Below, one piece after another: positions 21,377 through 30,864 of a stretch of DNA of 42,338 nucleotides (the stretch's first letter is position 1; each line of letters opens with the position of its first letter). The notes under the pieces were generated by a model, which worked only from the letters and a program-made list of their open reading frames with translations, made no database searches and was not told where the DNA came from. The translations under genes were made by a program, and so were the position numbers. Origin of the DNA: Actinomycetota bacterium (GTDB lineage: Bacteria > Actinomycetota > Actinomycetes > Nanopelagicales > Nanopelagicaceae); the NCBI GenBank assembly GCA_041179685.1, contig JBEGSV010000023.1:1-42338 (forward strand). The letters are read 5' to 3'.

Positions 21377-23426
21377 TACCTTCGCGATCTAAGAACGGCA
21401 AGATTCCACCGAGGTGCATCGGCCATCCTGCGCCGAGCAACATACAGAGATCAATCTCTGCCGGGGTTGCAACGACACCTTCATCAAGCATCATGCGGGC
21501 CTCTTCCGCAAGGGCCTTCAGCGCGCGTTCACGAACTTGCTCAGCTGTCGATGGTGTTGTGCCCTTATGGATCAGAGCAACAGCTGCTGGATTTGCACCG
21601 TGAGTTCCATCCTCATTCTTGATGTAGAAGGTCTTGACGCCTTCCTTCACCATTGCCTGCATCGTTGGTGAGATGCGGTAACGAGGACCGAGATTCTTAT
21701 TGAGCGTCTCTGCAACGTGGAGAGCGACACCTGGGCCTACGAGGCCAAGTAATTCGAATGGACTCATAGGGAAACCAATCGAGCGCATTGCATTATCTGC
21801 AATTGCTGGATCTGTACCCTCATCAACAGCATCGGTGATCTCACCCATAAAGCGAGTCAGTAGACGGTTAACGACAAATCCTGGCGCATCCTTACAGATG
21901 ATCATCGTCTTCTTAAGATTCTTTCCGACCTCAACAGCTGTTGCGGTGGTTGCATCATCTGTATGTGATGTTCGCGCAACTTCTAGGAGCGGCATAATCG
22001 CAACTGGGTTGAAGAAGTGGAAACCAACAACGCGCTCTGGGTTCTTCATTCCCTCGCTCATACGCTCTACAGAGAGCGATGAGGTATTTGTAGCGAGGAC
22101 GCACTCAGGGGAGACGATTCCTTCAAGAGTCTTGAAGAGTTCCTGCTTGAGTGAAAGCTCTTCGAAGATAGCCTCAATGATGAAGTCGCATCCTGCATAG
22201 ACGTTCTTATCGGCAGAGCCAGAGATGAGCGCCGAGAGTCGAGTAGCGCTCTCTTGGCTCAGACGCTTCTTCTCAACTAACTTTGCAAGTTCAGCTCGCA
22301 CCCAAGCCACGCCCTTATCGGCACGCTCTTGATCGATATCTGTCATTACAACTGGGCACTTCAAGTTGCGAACAAGTAGGAGGGCGAGCTGTGATGCCAT
22401 AAGTCCAGCACCGACAACGCCAACCTTGGTGACCTTGCGAGCCATGTTGGCTTTAGGCGCTCCTTCAACCTTCTTGCGCTTCTTCTGAATCATATTAAAT
22501 GCATAGAGAGATGCACGAAGAGGATCTGACATAACGAGGTCAGCGAGTACCTGATCTTCAGCATCGAAACCTTCGCCATTACTACAGCTCTTAGCAGCAG
22601 CAATGAGTTCGAGCGCCTTACGAGGAGAGGCGATATCTGCACCGCCAAACTTCTTCAAGGCAGCTGCCTTACCTGTTGCAAGGGCGGAATCCCATGCAGG
22701 ATCGTTGCTGTAATCCTTGCGCTCAATCTTCTTAGCGCCAGAGAGAATAGATGCGGCAAATGCGCAAGAGTTCTCGAGGAAATCGGCTGGATCAAAGACG
22801 GCATCAACAACGCCGAGTGCAAGAGCATCCTTCGCCTTCATCATCGTATTGTTGTTAAGGGCATTGAGGATGATGACCTGCACAGCTTTCTCAGGACCGA
22901 TCAACTTCGGAAGGAGAGTGGCTCCACCCCACCCTGGCACCAGACCAAGGAAAACTTCAGGAAGGGCGGTGAAGGCAGTCGATGCAAGAGTGCGGTACTT
23001 TGAGTGAAGACCGATCTCAAGTCCGCCTCCGAGGGCGAGTCCATTGATAAATGAGAATGTCGGAATATCAATCTCACCTAGGCGGCGGAAGACATCATGG
23101 CCAAGCTTTCCGATTGCAAGCGCTTGATTGCGCTCTGTGAGAAAGGACATCGCTGACAAATCTGCGCCTGCTGCAAAGATAAATGGTTTACCAGTAATTG
23201 CAATACCGGCAGGCTTACGAGAAATCGCCTCAGTGATAGCAGCATCGAGAGAAGCTACAGATTGCGGGCCAAGAGTATTAGGACGTGTGTGATCGAGGCC
23301 GTTATCGAGAGTGATTAATGCGAGGAGACCCTTAAATCCGAATGGAGTAAGGTCAACGTCGCGAACCTTTGCAACGGTGATAACTTCTTCAGGAGCGCCT
23401 TCAGGTAGTACGAGAGCTGTTGCCAT
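21315..23426 (-). CDS. fadB: Fatty-acid beta-oxidation multifunctional enzyme (enoyl-CoA hydratase/3-hydroxyacyl-CoA dehydrogenase)
   Basis: AGAD, ALGGGLE, LPEVFLG hydratase motifs; [21 protein letters not shown] dehydrogenase motifs. Confidence 0.92.
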   Translation of the reverse strand: MATALVLPEGAPEEVITVAKVRDVDLTPFGFKGLLALITLDNGLDHTRPNTLGPQSVASLDAAITEAISRKPAGIAITGKPFIFAAGADLSAMSFLTERNQALAIGKLGHDVFRRLGEIDIPTFSFINGLALGGGLEIGLHSKYRTLASTAFTALPEVFLGLVPGWGGATLLPKLIGPEKAVQVIILNALNNNTMMKAKDALALGVVDAVFDPADFLENSCAFAASILSGAKKIERKDYSNDPAWDSALATGKAAALKKFGGADIASPRKALELIAAAKSCSNGEGFDAEDQVLADLVMSDPLRASLYAFNMIQKKRKKVEGAPKANMARKVTKVGVVGAGLMASQLALLLVRNLKCPVVMTDIDQERADKGVAWVRAELAKLVEKKRLSQESATRLSALISGSADKNVYAGCDFIIEAIFEELSLKQELFKTLEGIVSPECVLATNTSSLSVERMSEGMKNPERVVGFHFFNPVAIMPLLEVARTSHTDDATTATAVEVGKNLKKTMIICKDAPGFVVNRLLTRFMGEITDAVDEGTDPAIADNAMRSIGFPMSPFELLGLVGPGVALHVAETLNKNLGPRYRISPTMQAMVKEGVKTFYIKNEDGTHGANPAAVALIHKGTTPSTAEQVRERALKALAEEARMMLDEGVVATPAEIDLCMLLGAGWPMHLGGILPFLDREGISESASGQRFHAPGIASVLK

Positions 23427-24617
23427 TTACTTATTTCCTCCGTTGAAGTGTGGGTTCTCCCAGATAACTGTTCCGCCCATGCCAAGACCGATACACATAG
23501 TTGTGATTCCATAACGAATCTCTGGATGGGCTTCAAATGTGCGAGCAAGATTGATCATGAGACGTACACCTGATGATGCAAGTGGGTGGCCAACTGCAAT
23601 TGCACCACCATAAGGATTGACGCGAGGATCATCATCTGCGATTCCAAAGTGCTCAAGGAATGCGATTACCTGCACGGCGAAGGCCTCATTAATTTCAAAT
23701 GCGCCGATATCTTCAATTTTGAGCCCTGCCTTAGCAAGGGCCTTGATTGTTGATGGCACAGGTCCGTAACCCATCACCTCTGGCTCAACGCCGGCGAATG
23801 CAAATGTCACCATAGTTGCCTTAATCGGAAGGCCAAGTTCTTTCGCCTTATCTTCACTTGCAAGGAGTGCGATAGTCGCACCATCGTTGATACCAGAGGC
23901 ATTTCCCGCAGTCACGCGGCCACTTGGACGAAATGGAGTCTTAAGGCCAGCAAGACCCTCAAGAGTTGTTGTCGGACGTGGACCTTCATCGGCAGAGACG
24001 ATTGTCCAGCCAAGCTCTTCGGATCGAGCAGCGGTAGGAATCAGATCGCGTTGAATTAAACCTTGCTCATAAGCTTTAGCAGTCTTCATCTGTGAGTTAT
24101 ATGCATAGAGATCTGCACGCTCTTTGGTAATTGATGGATAGCGATCATGAAGTCGCTCAGCTGTAGCACCCATCGACATCGCATCCGGATCAACAATCTT
24201 CTCTGCGAGGTAACGTGGATTTGGATCCATGAGCTCACCCATTGGGTGATTGCCCATATGTTCGACGCCACCGGCAAGAGCTAAATCGATTGCACCCATT
24301 GCAATCTGGCCGGCAACTGTTGTTGTTGCAGTAAGTGCACCTGCACACCAACGATCTACTGAATAACCTGGAACAGTGTTGGGTAGGCCAGCAAGGAGAG
24401 ATGCGCTGCGACCAATGTTCATTCCCTGATCACCGGTCTGCGTTGCAGCGGCAATTGCGACATCATCAATCTGATCGAGAGGCAATTGAGGGTTGCGCTC
24501 AATAAGTCCGCGCATCGCTCTAATGAGTAGATCGTCGGCGCGAGTATTTACAAAAGCTCCGCCTGACTTTCCAAATGGGGTACGGACTGCATCAACGAGT
24601 ACGACTCTGCGCGACAT
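23427..24617 (-). CDS. fadA: Acetyl-CoA acyltransferase (thiolase)
   Basis: DRWCAG, EINEAFA, GHPLASSG, MCIGLGMG; SD AGGAG upstream. Confidence 0.93.
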   Translation of the reverse strand: MSRRVVLVDAVRTPFGKSGGAFVNTRADDLLIRAMRGLIERNPQLPLDQIDDVAIAAATQTGDQGMNIGRSASLLAGLPNTVPGYSVDRWCAGALTATTTVAGQIAMGAIDLALAGGVEHMGNHPMGELMDPNPRYLAEKIVDPDAMSMGATAERLHDRYPSITKERADLYAYNSQMKTAKAYEQGLIQRDLIPTAARSEELGWTIVSADEGPRPTTTLEGLAGLKTPFRPSGRVTAGNASGINDGATIALLASEDKAKELGLPIKATMVTFAFAGVEPEVMGYGPVPSTIKALAKAGLKIEDIGAFEINEAFAVQVIAFLEHFGIADDDPRVNPYGGAIAVGHPLASSGVRLMINLARTFEAHPEIRYGITTMCIGLGMGGTVIWENPHFNGGNK

Positions 24618-24699
24618 CAAGGGCTCCTATTGCTACCAGTGTTAAGGCTTTTAGGTTACTCGTCGGTAGCCCAAAAGGCTACGAGCTAGCGGAGCTTTT

Positions 24700-25968
24700 T
24701 TATGGGGCGGGTTCGACTGGTGGAGCCTCTTCCGGCTCTGCAATCTCAAGCGGCTCATCTTGGGCAAGGGCATCGATCAGGATCGGCGCCGCTATCTCAA
24801 TCTGCCACGGCCTTGCGCCCATCTCGCTCAGGAGTCGAGGGACCTCACTTGGCTCTGGGAGGAGCCAACAGATCTGGCGCAGGAGCTCTGGGGTAAGGAG
24901 GTTCTCCACCGGCAACTCACGTTCTTCCGCCGCCAGCGACATCTGGAATCGAGCGTGAGAGAGAGGAGTGAACTTCTCTGGAAAGCGCTCTCGCCAGATT
25001 TTGATCGGAGGGAGCGCATCGCTCTTGCTTCGATTTTCAGGACATTGCTCTTCTGGCAGTGCCAAAGCTGCATCGATCGCCTTCAGCCACCGTGGCGTGT
25101 TTTCAAACCAACGAGCCCGTAATCCGATTGGCCGGAGCACCTTCTCTAGATCTTTCTTGGTAGCGAGGGGAGCGGACCCACCGGCAAGGGCGATTGTTGA
25201 GATGGCGAGATCCGAGAGTATGCGACCGGGAGAGATATCTAGATGGGCGGCAAGGTCATCGCGCGCCTCCCAGAGCGATTTCACAATCGCCAACTGGCTC
25301 CGCTTTCTGATTTTATGCATTCCAGAAGTTCTTCGCCATGGATCAACACGTTTAGGCGATGGCGGCGCCAAGAGAATCGCAGCAAATTCTTCTTCCGCCC
25401 ACTTCAATTTCTTCTTCTCGATCAATAGCTTTTCAATCTCATTACGTAGCTCAACAAGGAGTTCCACATCGAGAGCTGCGTAATTGAGCCAATCCTCTGG
25501 CAATGGTCGAACCGACCAATCCTGAGCAGAGTGCTCTTTCGCTAAACCAATATCGAGAAGAGATTCAACGAGTGCACCCAATCCAACTCGTGGCAAACCT
25601 GCTAAACGACCGGCGAGTTCGGTATCGAAGAGGCGAGATGGATGTAAACCTAATTCGCGTAGACATGGAAGATCTTGCGTACTGGCATGGAGGATTATCT
25701 CTTCACCTTGCCAGAGTTTATTCAGTCGCGCAAAGTATTCGCTTCCAACACCAAATGGAATTGGATCTATCAGGTGTAAGCCACCGCCGGTGCGCTTTAT
25801 CTGAATGAGATAGGCACGTGCGCTGTATCGATATCCAGATGCACGTTCTGCATCGACAGCATAGGGACCTTCACCACCTTCGAGCTGCGAGAGCATCGCT
25901 TCAAATTGCTCGGGTGTCGAAACAAGTTCGGGGAGGCCTAGATAAGGCGCGGTAAGAAGCTCAGCCAC
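24700..25968 (-). CDS. rnd: Ribonuclease D (3'-5' exonuclease plus HRDC)
   Basis: AVDAERASG, LHASTQDL, FDTELAG, YAALDVELL. Confidence 0.9.
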   Translation of the reverse strand: MAELLTAPYLGLPELVSTPEQFEAMLSQLEGGEGPYAVDAERASGYRYSARAYLIQIKRTGGGLHLIDPIPFGVGSEYFARLNKLWQGEEIILHASTQDLPCLRELGLHPSRLFDTELAGRLAGLPRVGLGALVESLLDIGLAKEHSAQDWSVRPLPEDWLNYAALDVELLVELRNEIEKLLIEKKKLKWAEEEFAAILLAPPSPKRVDPWRRTSGMHKIRKRSQLAIVKSLWEARDDLAAHLDISPGRILSDLAISTIALAGGSAPLATKKDLEKVLRPIGLRARWFENTPRWLKAIDAALALPEEQCPENRSKSDALPPIKIWRERFPEKFTPLSHARFQMSLAAEERELPVENLLTPELLRQICWLLPEPSEVPRLLSEMGARPWQIEIAAPILIDALAQDEPLEIAEPEEAPPVEPAP

Positions 25969-26551
25969 GACGACGAGCAGAGTTGATTGGAGCGACGCCG
26001 TCAGCGATTGGTTGCAAGCCTGCGACTTCGCTGATGAAGTTACACCATGCCTGAATGTGAGGAATTAACTCTTCAGGTTGAGTGAGTATGGGCGACCATG
26101 ATGCGCGAATTTCAATCTCTGATTCATCATGTCGGGAAGAGAGTTTTCCAAAAGAGGCGCTTGATACGCGCGTTACTGTTCCGGAAGGTGCGCTATAGAG
26201 TGCATCCGCTTCTTGCAGTGAATCAAGGAGCCAATTCCATCCAACTTCAGGTAATAAGGGATCGGCCTGCATCTCTGAATCAACGGTTGCACGCATAAAG
26301 GTAACGCAGCGATATTCGCCTTCCCAGGTATCTTGCCCACCTGGTTCATGCAAAATCACAAAGCGACCTGAGGCGAGTTCATCTTCTTGATCACCGACAA
26401 GCCCATTGCTGACATCTGCTGTAAAAGCAAAAGAGTATTGCGCTAATTTTTGTGGAGCAGGAACTTCTTCAAGCTCAATCTCGGCGCGAGGCGTGAATTC
26501 GCGGATGGCGTTGATCATCGATTCGAAGGAGAAGGAAATACGGGAATTCAC
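25961..26551 (-). CDS. DUF3000-type actinobacterial protein
   Basis: EVPAPQKLA, GRFVILHEP, EIRASW; immediately upstream of rnd. Confidence 0.8.
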   Translation of the reverse strand: MNSRISFSFESMINAIREFTPRAEIELEEVPAPQKLAQYSFAFTADVSNGLVGDQEDELASGRFVILHEPGGQDTWEGEYRCVTFMRATVDSEMQADPLLPEVGWNWLLDSLQEADALYSAPSGTVTRVSSASFGKLSSRHDESEIEIRASWSPILTQPEELIPHIQAWCNFISEVAGLQPIADGVAPINSARRRG

Positions 26552-26619
26552 TGGTTGATTCTAAAGTTGAAAGAGTCATAATGCTGGGAGGCAAGGCTCG
26601 TATTGGGTAGTGTGCGCCA

Positions 26620-27465
26620 ATGGCAACGCTCTTAGCCCTCCTATCTAGCCTGCTCTGGGGCAGCGCGGATTATCACGCCGGCAATCTCAGTAAACGACTT
26701 CCCACCATGGTGGTCCTTGGAATTAATCAAGCCTTTGGATTGCTCTTTGGTATCGCGCTCATTCTTATCTCTGGTGGATGGTTTGCACCGAGCCTCGATT
26801 CGAGCGGTTACTTGATCAACGGCGCTCTCGCCGGATTATCTGGATATGCAGGGTTGCTCTGTCTCTATGCCGGGTTATCTAGTGGGCGCATGGGTGTCGT
26901 CTCACCAATTAGTTCTCTCAGCGTATTAATCCCACTCTTCTTCGCTCTCTTTATTAAGGGAGATGAACTTGCAACTCCAGTGATGATGGGAGTCATCGCT
27001 GCAATCATCGGTGGCTTCTTAGCAAGTGGACCGGAGATGACACAGGGGCTTCCGATGCGCCCGGTTCTTCTCGCACTCGGTGCTGCTCTTGGTTTTGGAT
27101 CCGCTCTGACATTTATGGCGATTGGTTCGCAAGATAGTTCGCTACTTACTATGACAACGATGCGAGCAACAACTTTCTTTGTCAGTCTCGCCTTCTTTAT
27201 CAAGATCGGCAACCTTGGGGGAGCAAGCAAGAAAGATATTCCACTCTTGGCGGCAATTGGTATCGCCGATTTCTCGGCAAATCTATTACTAGGAGTTGCA
27301 ACTACAAAGGGTCTAGTTTCAATTGCGATGGTTTTAGGCTCGCTCTATCCAATAGCAACCGCGATTCTTGCCTACATCTTTCTCCATGAACGTCTGCACA
27401 AAGTGCAATATCTCGGAATCGTTTTAGCTGTTGGTGGCGTGGCCGTTATATCTGCATTGCAGTAA
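26620..27465 (+). CDS. EamA/DMT-family transporter
   Basis: About 10 TM helices; SLYPIATAILAYIFLHERL. Confidence 0.85.
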   Translation: MATLLALLSSLLWGSADYHAGNLSKRLPTMVVLGINQAFGLLFGIALILISGGWFAPSLDSSGYLINGALAGLSGYAGLLCLYAGLSSGRMGVVSPISSLSVLIPLFFALFIKGDELATPVMMGVIAAIIGGFLASGPEMTQGLPMRPVLLALGAALGFGSALTFMAIGSQDSSLLTMTTMRATTFFVSLAFFIKIGNLGGASKKDIPLLAAIGIADFSANLLLGVATTKGLVSIAMVLGSLYPIATAILAYIFLHERLHKVQYLGIVLAVGGVAVISALQ

Positions 27466-27942
27466 ACGCGTTCCATCAATAGTTACCTCGCTCTCAATCG
27501 AGAAAGGTGCGAGCAGATCCTCTATCGATAGAAAATCGCCATCTCCTTCGATTGGTGAGATTGAAAGTTCCAAAATCTCGATGACGCCCGCGCCAATGAG
27601 AGCGAGTAAGAGCGAAGGTCCTGCTTCAACAACGATATCGCCAGGTATTCGCTCATCGATTCGACGAGTGATTTCTCCTAAATCCCTATCGACGGTGATC
27701 TGCTGCATCAATGGGTGAGGTAGCTCTATCTTCTCGAGTAGGCGAGTGAAGATAAATATTGGGACCTGACTCTTGGCATAGCTTTCGATAGCGGCGCTCC
27801 TCTTGCCGATGATGAAAGCCGAAGCTCCTTGATGACGCGCGAGGAAGCGCTCTCGATCCGCAGGGGTTGAGAGAGCCCGCGAGCTTCCATGGAGAGATGC
27901 CGCTCCATTAGAGCCAACGACGAGAGATGCGATAACAGTCAT
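27424..27942 (-). CDS. RibD C-terminal/dihydrofolate-reductase-fold protein
   Basis: IASLVVGSNG, ADRERF, IIG, VVEAGPSL, LELSISP; start at ATG 27942 supported by a -10 (TATTCT) 7 nt upstream. Confidence 0.7.
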   Translation of the reverse strand: MTVIASLVVGSNGAASLHGSSRALSTPADRERFLARHQGASAFIIGKRSAAIESYAKSQVPIFIFTRLLEKIELPHPLMQQITVDRDLGEITRRIDERIPGDIVVEAGPSLLLALIGAGVIEILELSISPIEGDGDFLSIEDLLAPFSIESEVTIDGTRLLQCRYNGHATNS

Positions 27943-28047
27943 TTCGAGAAGAATATCCCCGCATAAAGGGAGATTCACACCATATTTTCAGGCTCAACTA
28001 CCGGCTTTGAGTTGAGATTGACGCTTTTACTTGGTTAGCCTTGCCAA

Positions 28048-29049
28048 ATGCGAAACCGCGCCCTGGCCGTTCTTCTGGCCTGCAGCCTTGCCTGGCTGAT
28101 ACCGCCTCAGGCGCAGGCGGCGCCGACCCTGGCTCAAATCCAGAATCAGGTCAATGATCTTCGCGATCAGGCGACCGCCGCCGCCGAAGGTGCGCAGGAA
28201 GCCAAGGTAAAGCTCGCCGCACTTCAGCGCAGCCTTTCGGGAATCCAGGCGCAAGCGGCTATTCAGGGGAAGAACGTCGATTCGATTTCACGAAACCTCG
28301 GAGTGATTGCGGTCAATCAATACAAATCTGGCTCGCTTAGCCAGAGCCTTGAACTCCTCTTCTCAAGCGACCCAACTCTCTATCTCAGCTCGGCTGGCTC
28401 TCTCGAATCCATCACTCGCCAGAAGTCCATTCAATTAAAGAAGCACCAATCCGCGACACAGAAACTCAATGCAACTTCGCTCACAGTCTCTGATCGCCTT
28501 GCTCAAGTAAAGGTATTGCAGAAGAAGCTTGCCCAGCAGAGCGCGGTTGCTCAAGATAAGTTGAAGAAGGCAGAAGCAATCCTTGCAAAGCTAAAGAAAG
28601 AGGATCGCGAACGTCTAGCGCGCCTGGCGCAAGAGCAAGAAGATGCTGATCAGAAGAGTTCGCTCGCACAGGCGAAAGCTCTCAGCGGAATCTCAGGTCG
28701 CGCTGGTCTCGCGATTAAATTTGCAACAAAGCAGATTGGCGATCGATATGTTTTCGGCGCTGATGGAATGACATATTGGGATTGTTCAGGGTTGACGATG
28801 CGCGCCTATCAAGCAGCTGGCGTCAACCTCCCGCACTCATCTGCGGCGCAATCACGGATGGGTAAGTCGATTCCATTTAATCAGAAGAAGCCGGGAGATC
28901 TTGTCTTCTTTGGTCGTCCGGTATCGCATGTAGGAATCTATATCGGTGGCGGAAAGATGGTCCATGCTCCACGTTCTGGATCACGAGTAAAGATTGCATC
29001 TGCATCATCTTTAGGATCGAAGAGATTGGTTGCGGTCCGCCGCTTCTAG
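28048..29049 (+). CDS. Secreted NlpC/P60 peptidoglycan endopeptidase with coiled coil
   Basis: Signal peptide (AQA-A), coiled coil, YVFGA...DCSGL, HVGIY, MVHA. Confidence 0.92.
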   Translation: MRNRALAVLLACSLAWLIPPQAQAAPTLAQIQNQVNDLRDQATAAAEGAQEAKVKLAALQRSLSGIQAQAAIQGKNVDSISRNLGVIAVNQYKSGSLSQSLELLFSSDPTLYLSSAGSLESITRQKSIQLKKHQSATQKLNATSLTVSDRLAQVKVLQKKLAQQSAVAQDKLKKAEAILAKLKKEDRERLARLAQEQEDADQKSSLAQAKALSGISGRAGLAIKFATKQIGDRYVFGADGMTYWDCSGLTMRAYQAAGVNLPHSSAAQSRMGKSIPFNQKKPGDLVFFGRPVSHVGIYIGGGKMVHAPRSGSRVKIASASSLGSKRLVAVRRF

Positions 29050-29060
29050 CGTCTGAATTT

Positions 29061-30209
29061 ATGGCCTCAGAAACGAGAAAGATTCTCTGCATTACCAATG
29101 ATTTTGGTCCACGAGCTGGTGGAATCGAGACATTCATTATCGGGCTTATCGAGCGTGCGCCCTTTGGCTCTCTTATTGTCTATACCTCGTCTCAAGGCGA
29201 CACCCATGCCTATGATCAAGAGTGGATGGCGAAGTATGGGGTAGAGGTTATTCGCGATAAGAGCAAGGTCTTACTTCCATCATGGCGGGTAGGGCGTTCA
29301 GTGCGCGCACTTGTTCAAGAGCGGGGGATTGAGAGAGTTTTCTTCGGTGCAGCGGCACCTCTAGGGCTTCTTGCACACTCATTGCGGCGAGCTGGCGTTA
29401 AACGAATTGTTGCACTCACACATGGCCATGAAGTCTGGTGGGCAAAGCTCTGGCCATTTACCTGGGCGATGAAACGGATTGGAAACGGGGTAGATGTACT
29501 TACCTACCTCGGTGAATTCACTAAGAGAGCGATCGCACGTCCTCTCAATCAGAAAGCAGCCAGCGCAATGGTGCGCATAGCTCCAGGAATCGACACCGAC
29601 CATTTTGCACCTGATGCAACTGCGATTGAACTCAAACGAGAACTCGAACTTGATGGCAAGAGAGTAATTGTCAGCGTTGGCCGCCTGGTTCACCGAAAGG
29701 GACAAGACACTCTGGTGGAAGCGCTCCCTCATATATTGGATGAGTTTCCAGATGCACACCTTCTCTTTGTTGGAGTAGGTCCGCACCTTGAATATATACA
29801 TAAGCGCGCTATTCAATTGGGCGTACTTGGAAATATCTCTTTTGTGGGTCGAGTTCAATATTCAGAGTTGCCGAGATTTATCTCCGTCGGCGAAGTCTTT
29901 GCGATGCCAAGTCGTTCACGACTGGCAGGGCTTGAAGTTGAGGGGCTTGGAATTGTTTATCTCGAAGCAAGCGCATGCGAACTACCAGTTGTCGGTGGAC
30001 TTTCTGGGGGAGCTCCCGATGCAGTTCTGGAAGGCGAGACAGGATATTCGGTTGATGGTCTCGCCCCGATTGCAGTCGCTGACGCAATCAAGGCACTTCT
30101 TGCAGATCCCATTGCAGCAAAGGAGATGGGTAGACGCGGGCGCCAGTGGATTATTGATGAGTGGGAGTGGCGGCACTGGTCTGCTCGCTTCAACGCCCTC
30201 TTTGATTAA
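29061..30209 (+). CDS. GT4 glycosyltransferase (PimB'-like)
   Basis: ITNDFGPRAGGIE, VGRLVHRKG, EGLGIVYLEA. Confidence 0.88.
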   Translation: MASETRKILCITNDFGPRAGGIETFIIGLIERAPFGSLIVYTSSQGDTHAYDQEWMAKYGVEVIRDKSKVLLPSWRVGRSVRALVQERGIERVFFGAAAPLGLLAHSLRRAGVKRIVALTHGHEVWWAKLWPFTWAMKRIGNGVDVLTYLGEFTKRAIARPLNQKAASAMVRIAPGIDTDHFAPDATAIELKRELELDGKRVIVSVGRLVHRKGQDTLVEALPHILDEFPDAHLLFVGVGPHLEYIHKRAIQLGVLGNISFVGRVQYSELPRFISVGEVFAMPSRSRLAGLEVEGLGIVYLEASACELPVVGGLSGGAPDAVLEGETGYSVDGLAPIAVADAIKALLADPIAAKEMGRRGRQWIIDEWEWRHWSARFNALFD

Positions 30210-30778
30210 TCTTTGATCTGCGATACCGCTTCGACTCGATTCCTCACGCCTAATTTTCGGTAGATCGAGGTGATGTGACTTTTAATCGTTGCAATTGAAT
30301 TATGTCGCTTCAATGCAATCTCCTCGGTGGTCGCACCCGTTGCTAGATCCATCAATATCTCACGCTCTCGTAGCGATAAGAGATGGGTTCGGGAGGCGTG
30401 CTTTGTAGTTGATGTTTGATGGGCCAATCGCTGCGCTAATAGTTCTTCAATACGCGAGGAGAACTCGCTCTCGCTGATTCCGCTCTCAAATATCTCGGTG
30501 TAGCCAAGTTGGTGCGCTGCTTCAGTCGTTGCCCATCCACGTGGTTCTGTCACCAGAATAGAAATTGAATATGGATGGACCCTGCGAATGGTCGGCGCGA
30601 GGACGATTCCATCGCCATCCTCCAAATTGCGATGAACGATGATGAGGTCGAACTTTTCGGTGCGAACAATGGCGAGTGCGGCTCGTAGCGTTGGAGCGCG
30701 ACGGATTTCTTTAATCTGCGGCAGCACTGGGTGGCTCTCGCCGCCAACATAGAGGGCGCGCAGGGGTGCGAGCTTCAT
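30206..30778 (-). CDS. Atypical NarL/LuxR-family response regulator
   Basis: LSLREREIL...TIKSHITSIYRKLGVRNR HTH; degenerate receiver domain. Confidence 0.8.
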   Translation of the reverse strand: MKLAPLRALYVGGESHPVLPQIKEIRRAPTLRAALAIVRTEKFDLIIVHRNLEDGDGIVLAPTIRRVHPYSISILVTEPRGWATTEAAHQLGYTEIFESGISESEFSSRIEELLAQRLAHQTSTTKHASRTHLLSLREREILMDLATGATTEEIALKRHNSIATIKSHITSIYRKLGVRNRVEAVSQIKD

Positions 30779-30816
30779 CTCCGTCCACCGTGAAGCAAAT
30801 CCATAAGGTGGAGATT

Positions 30817-30861
30817 CTCTTAGGGCTCCCTATCTAAGAGCAATAGCGGAAGCCCTAAGAG
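30817..30861. repeat. Inverted repeat/hairpin between fadD and the regulator
   Basis: CTCTTAGGGCT (30817-30827) pairs with AGCCCTAAGAG (30851-30861). Confidence 0.8.
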
Positions 30862-30864
30862 GAG

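Noticed and set aside
21700-22200. Long antisense or alternate-frame ORFs (e.g. 21700-22200, 24968-25483, 29379-29858)
   Set aside because: They lie fully within well-supported genes, have shadow-ORF composition and no recognisable motifs
27943-28047. c-di-AMP (ydaO) riboswitch before the NlpC/P60 gene
   Set aside because: The gap is too short and the -10 sits 6 nt from the ATG, leaving no leader
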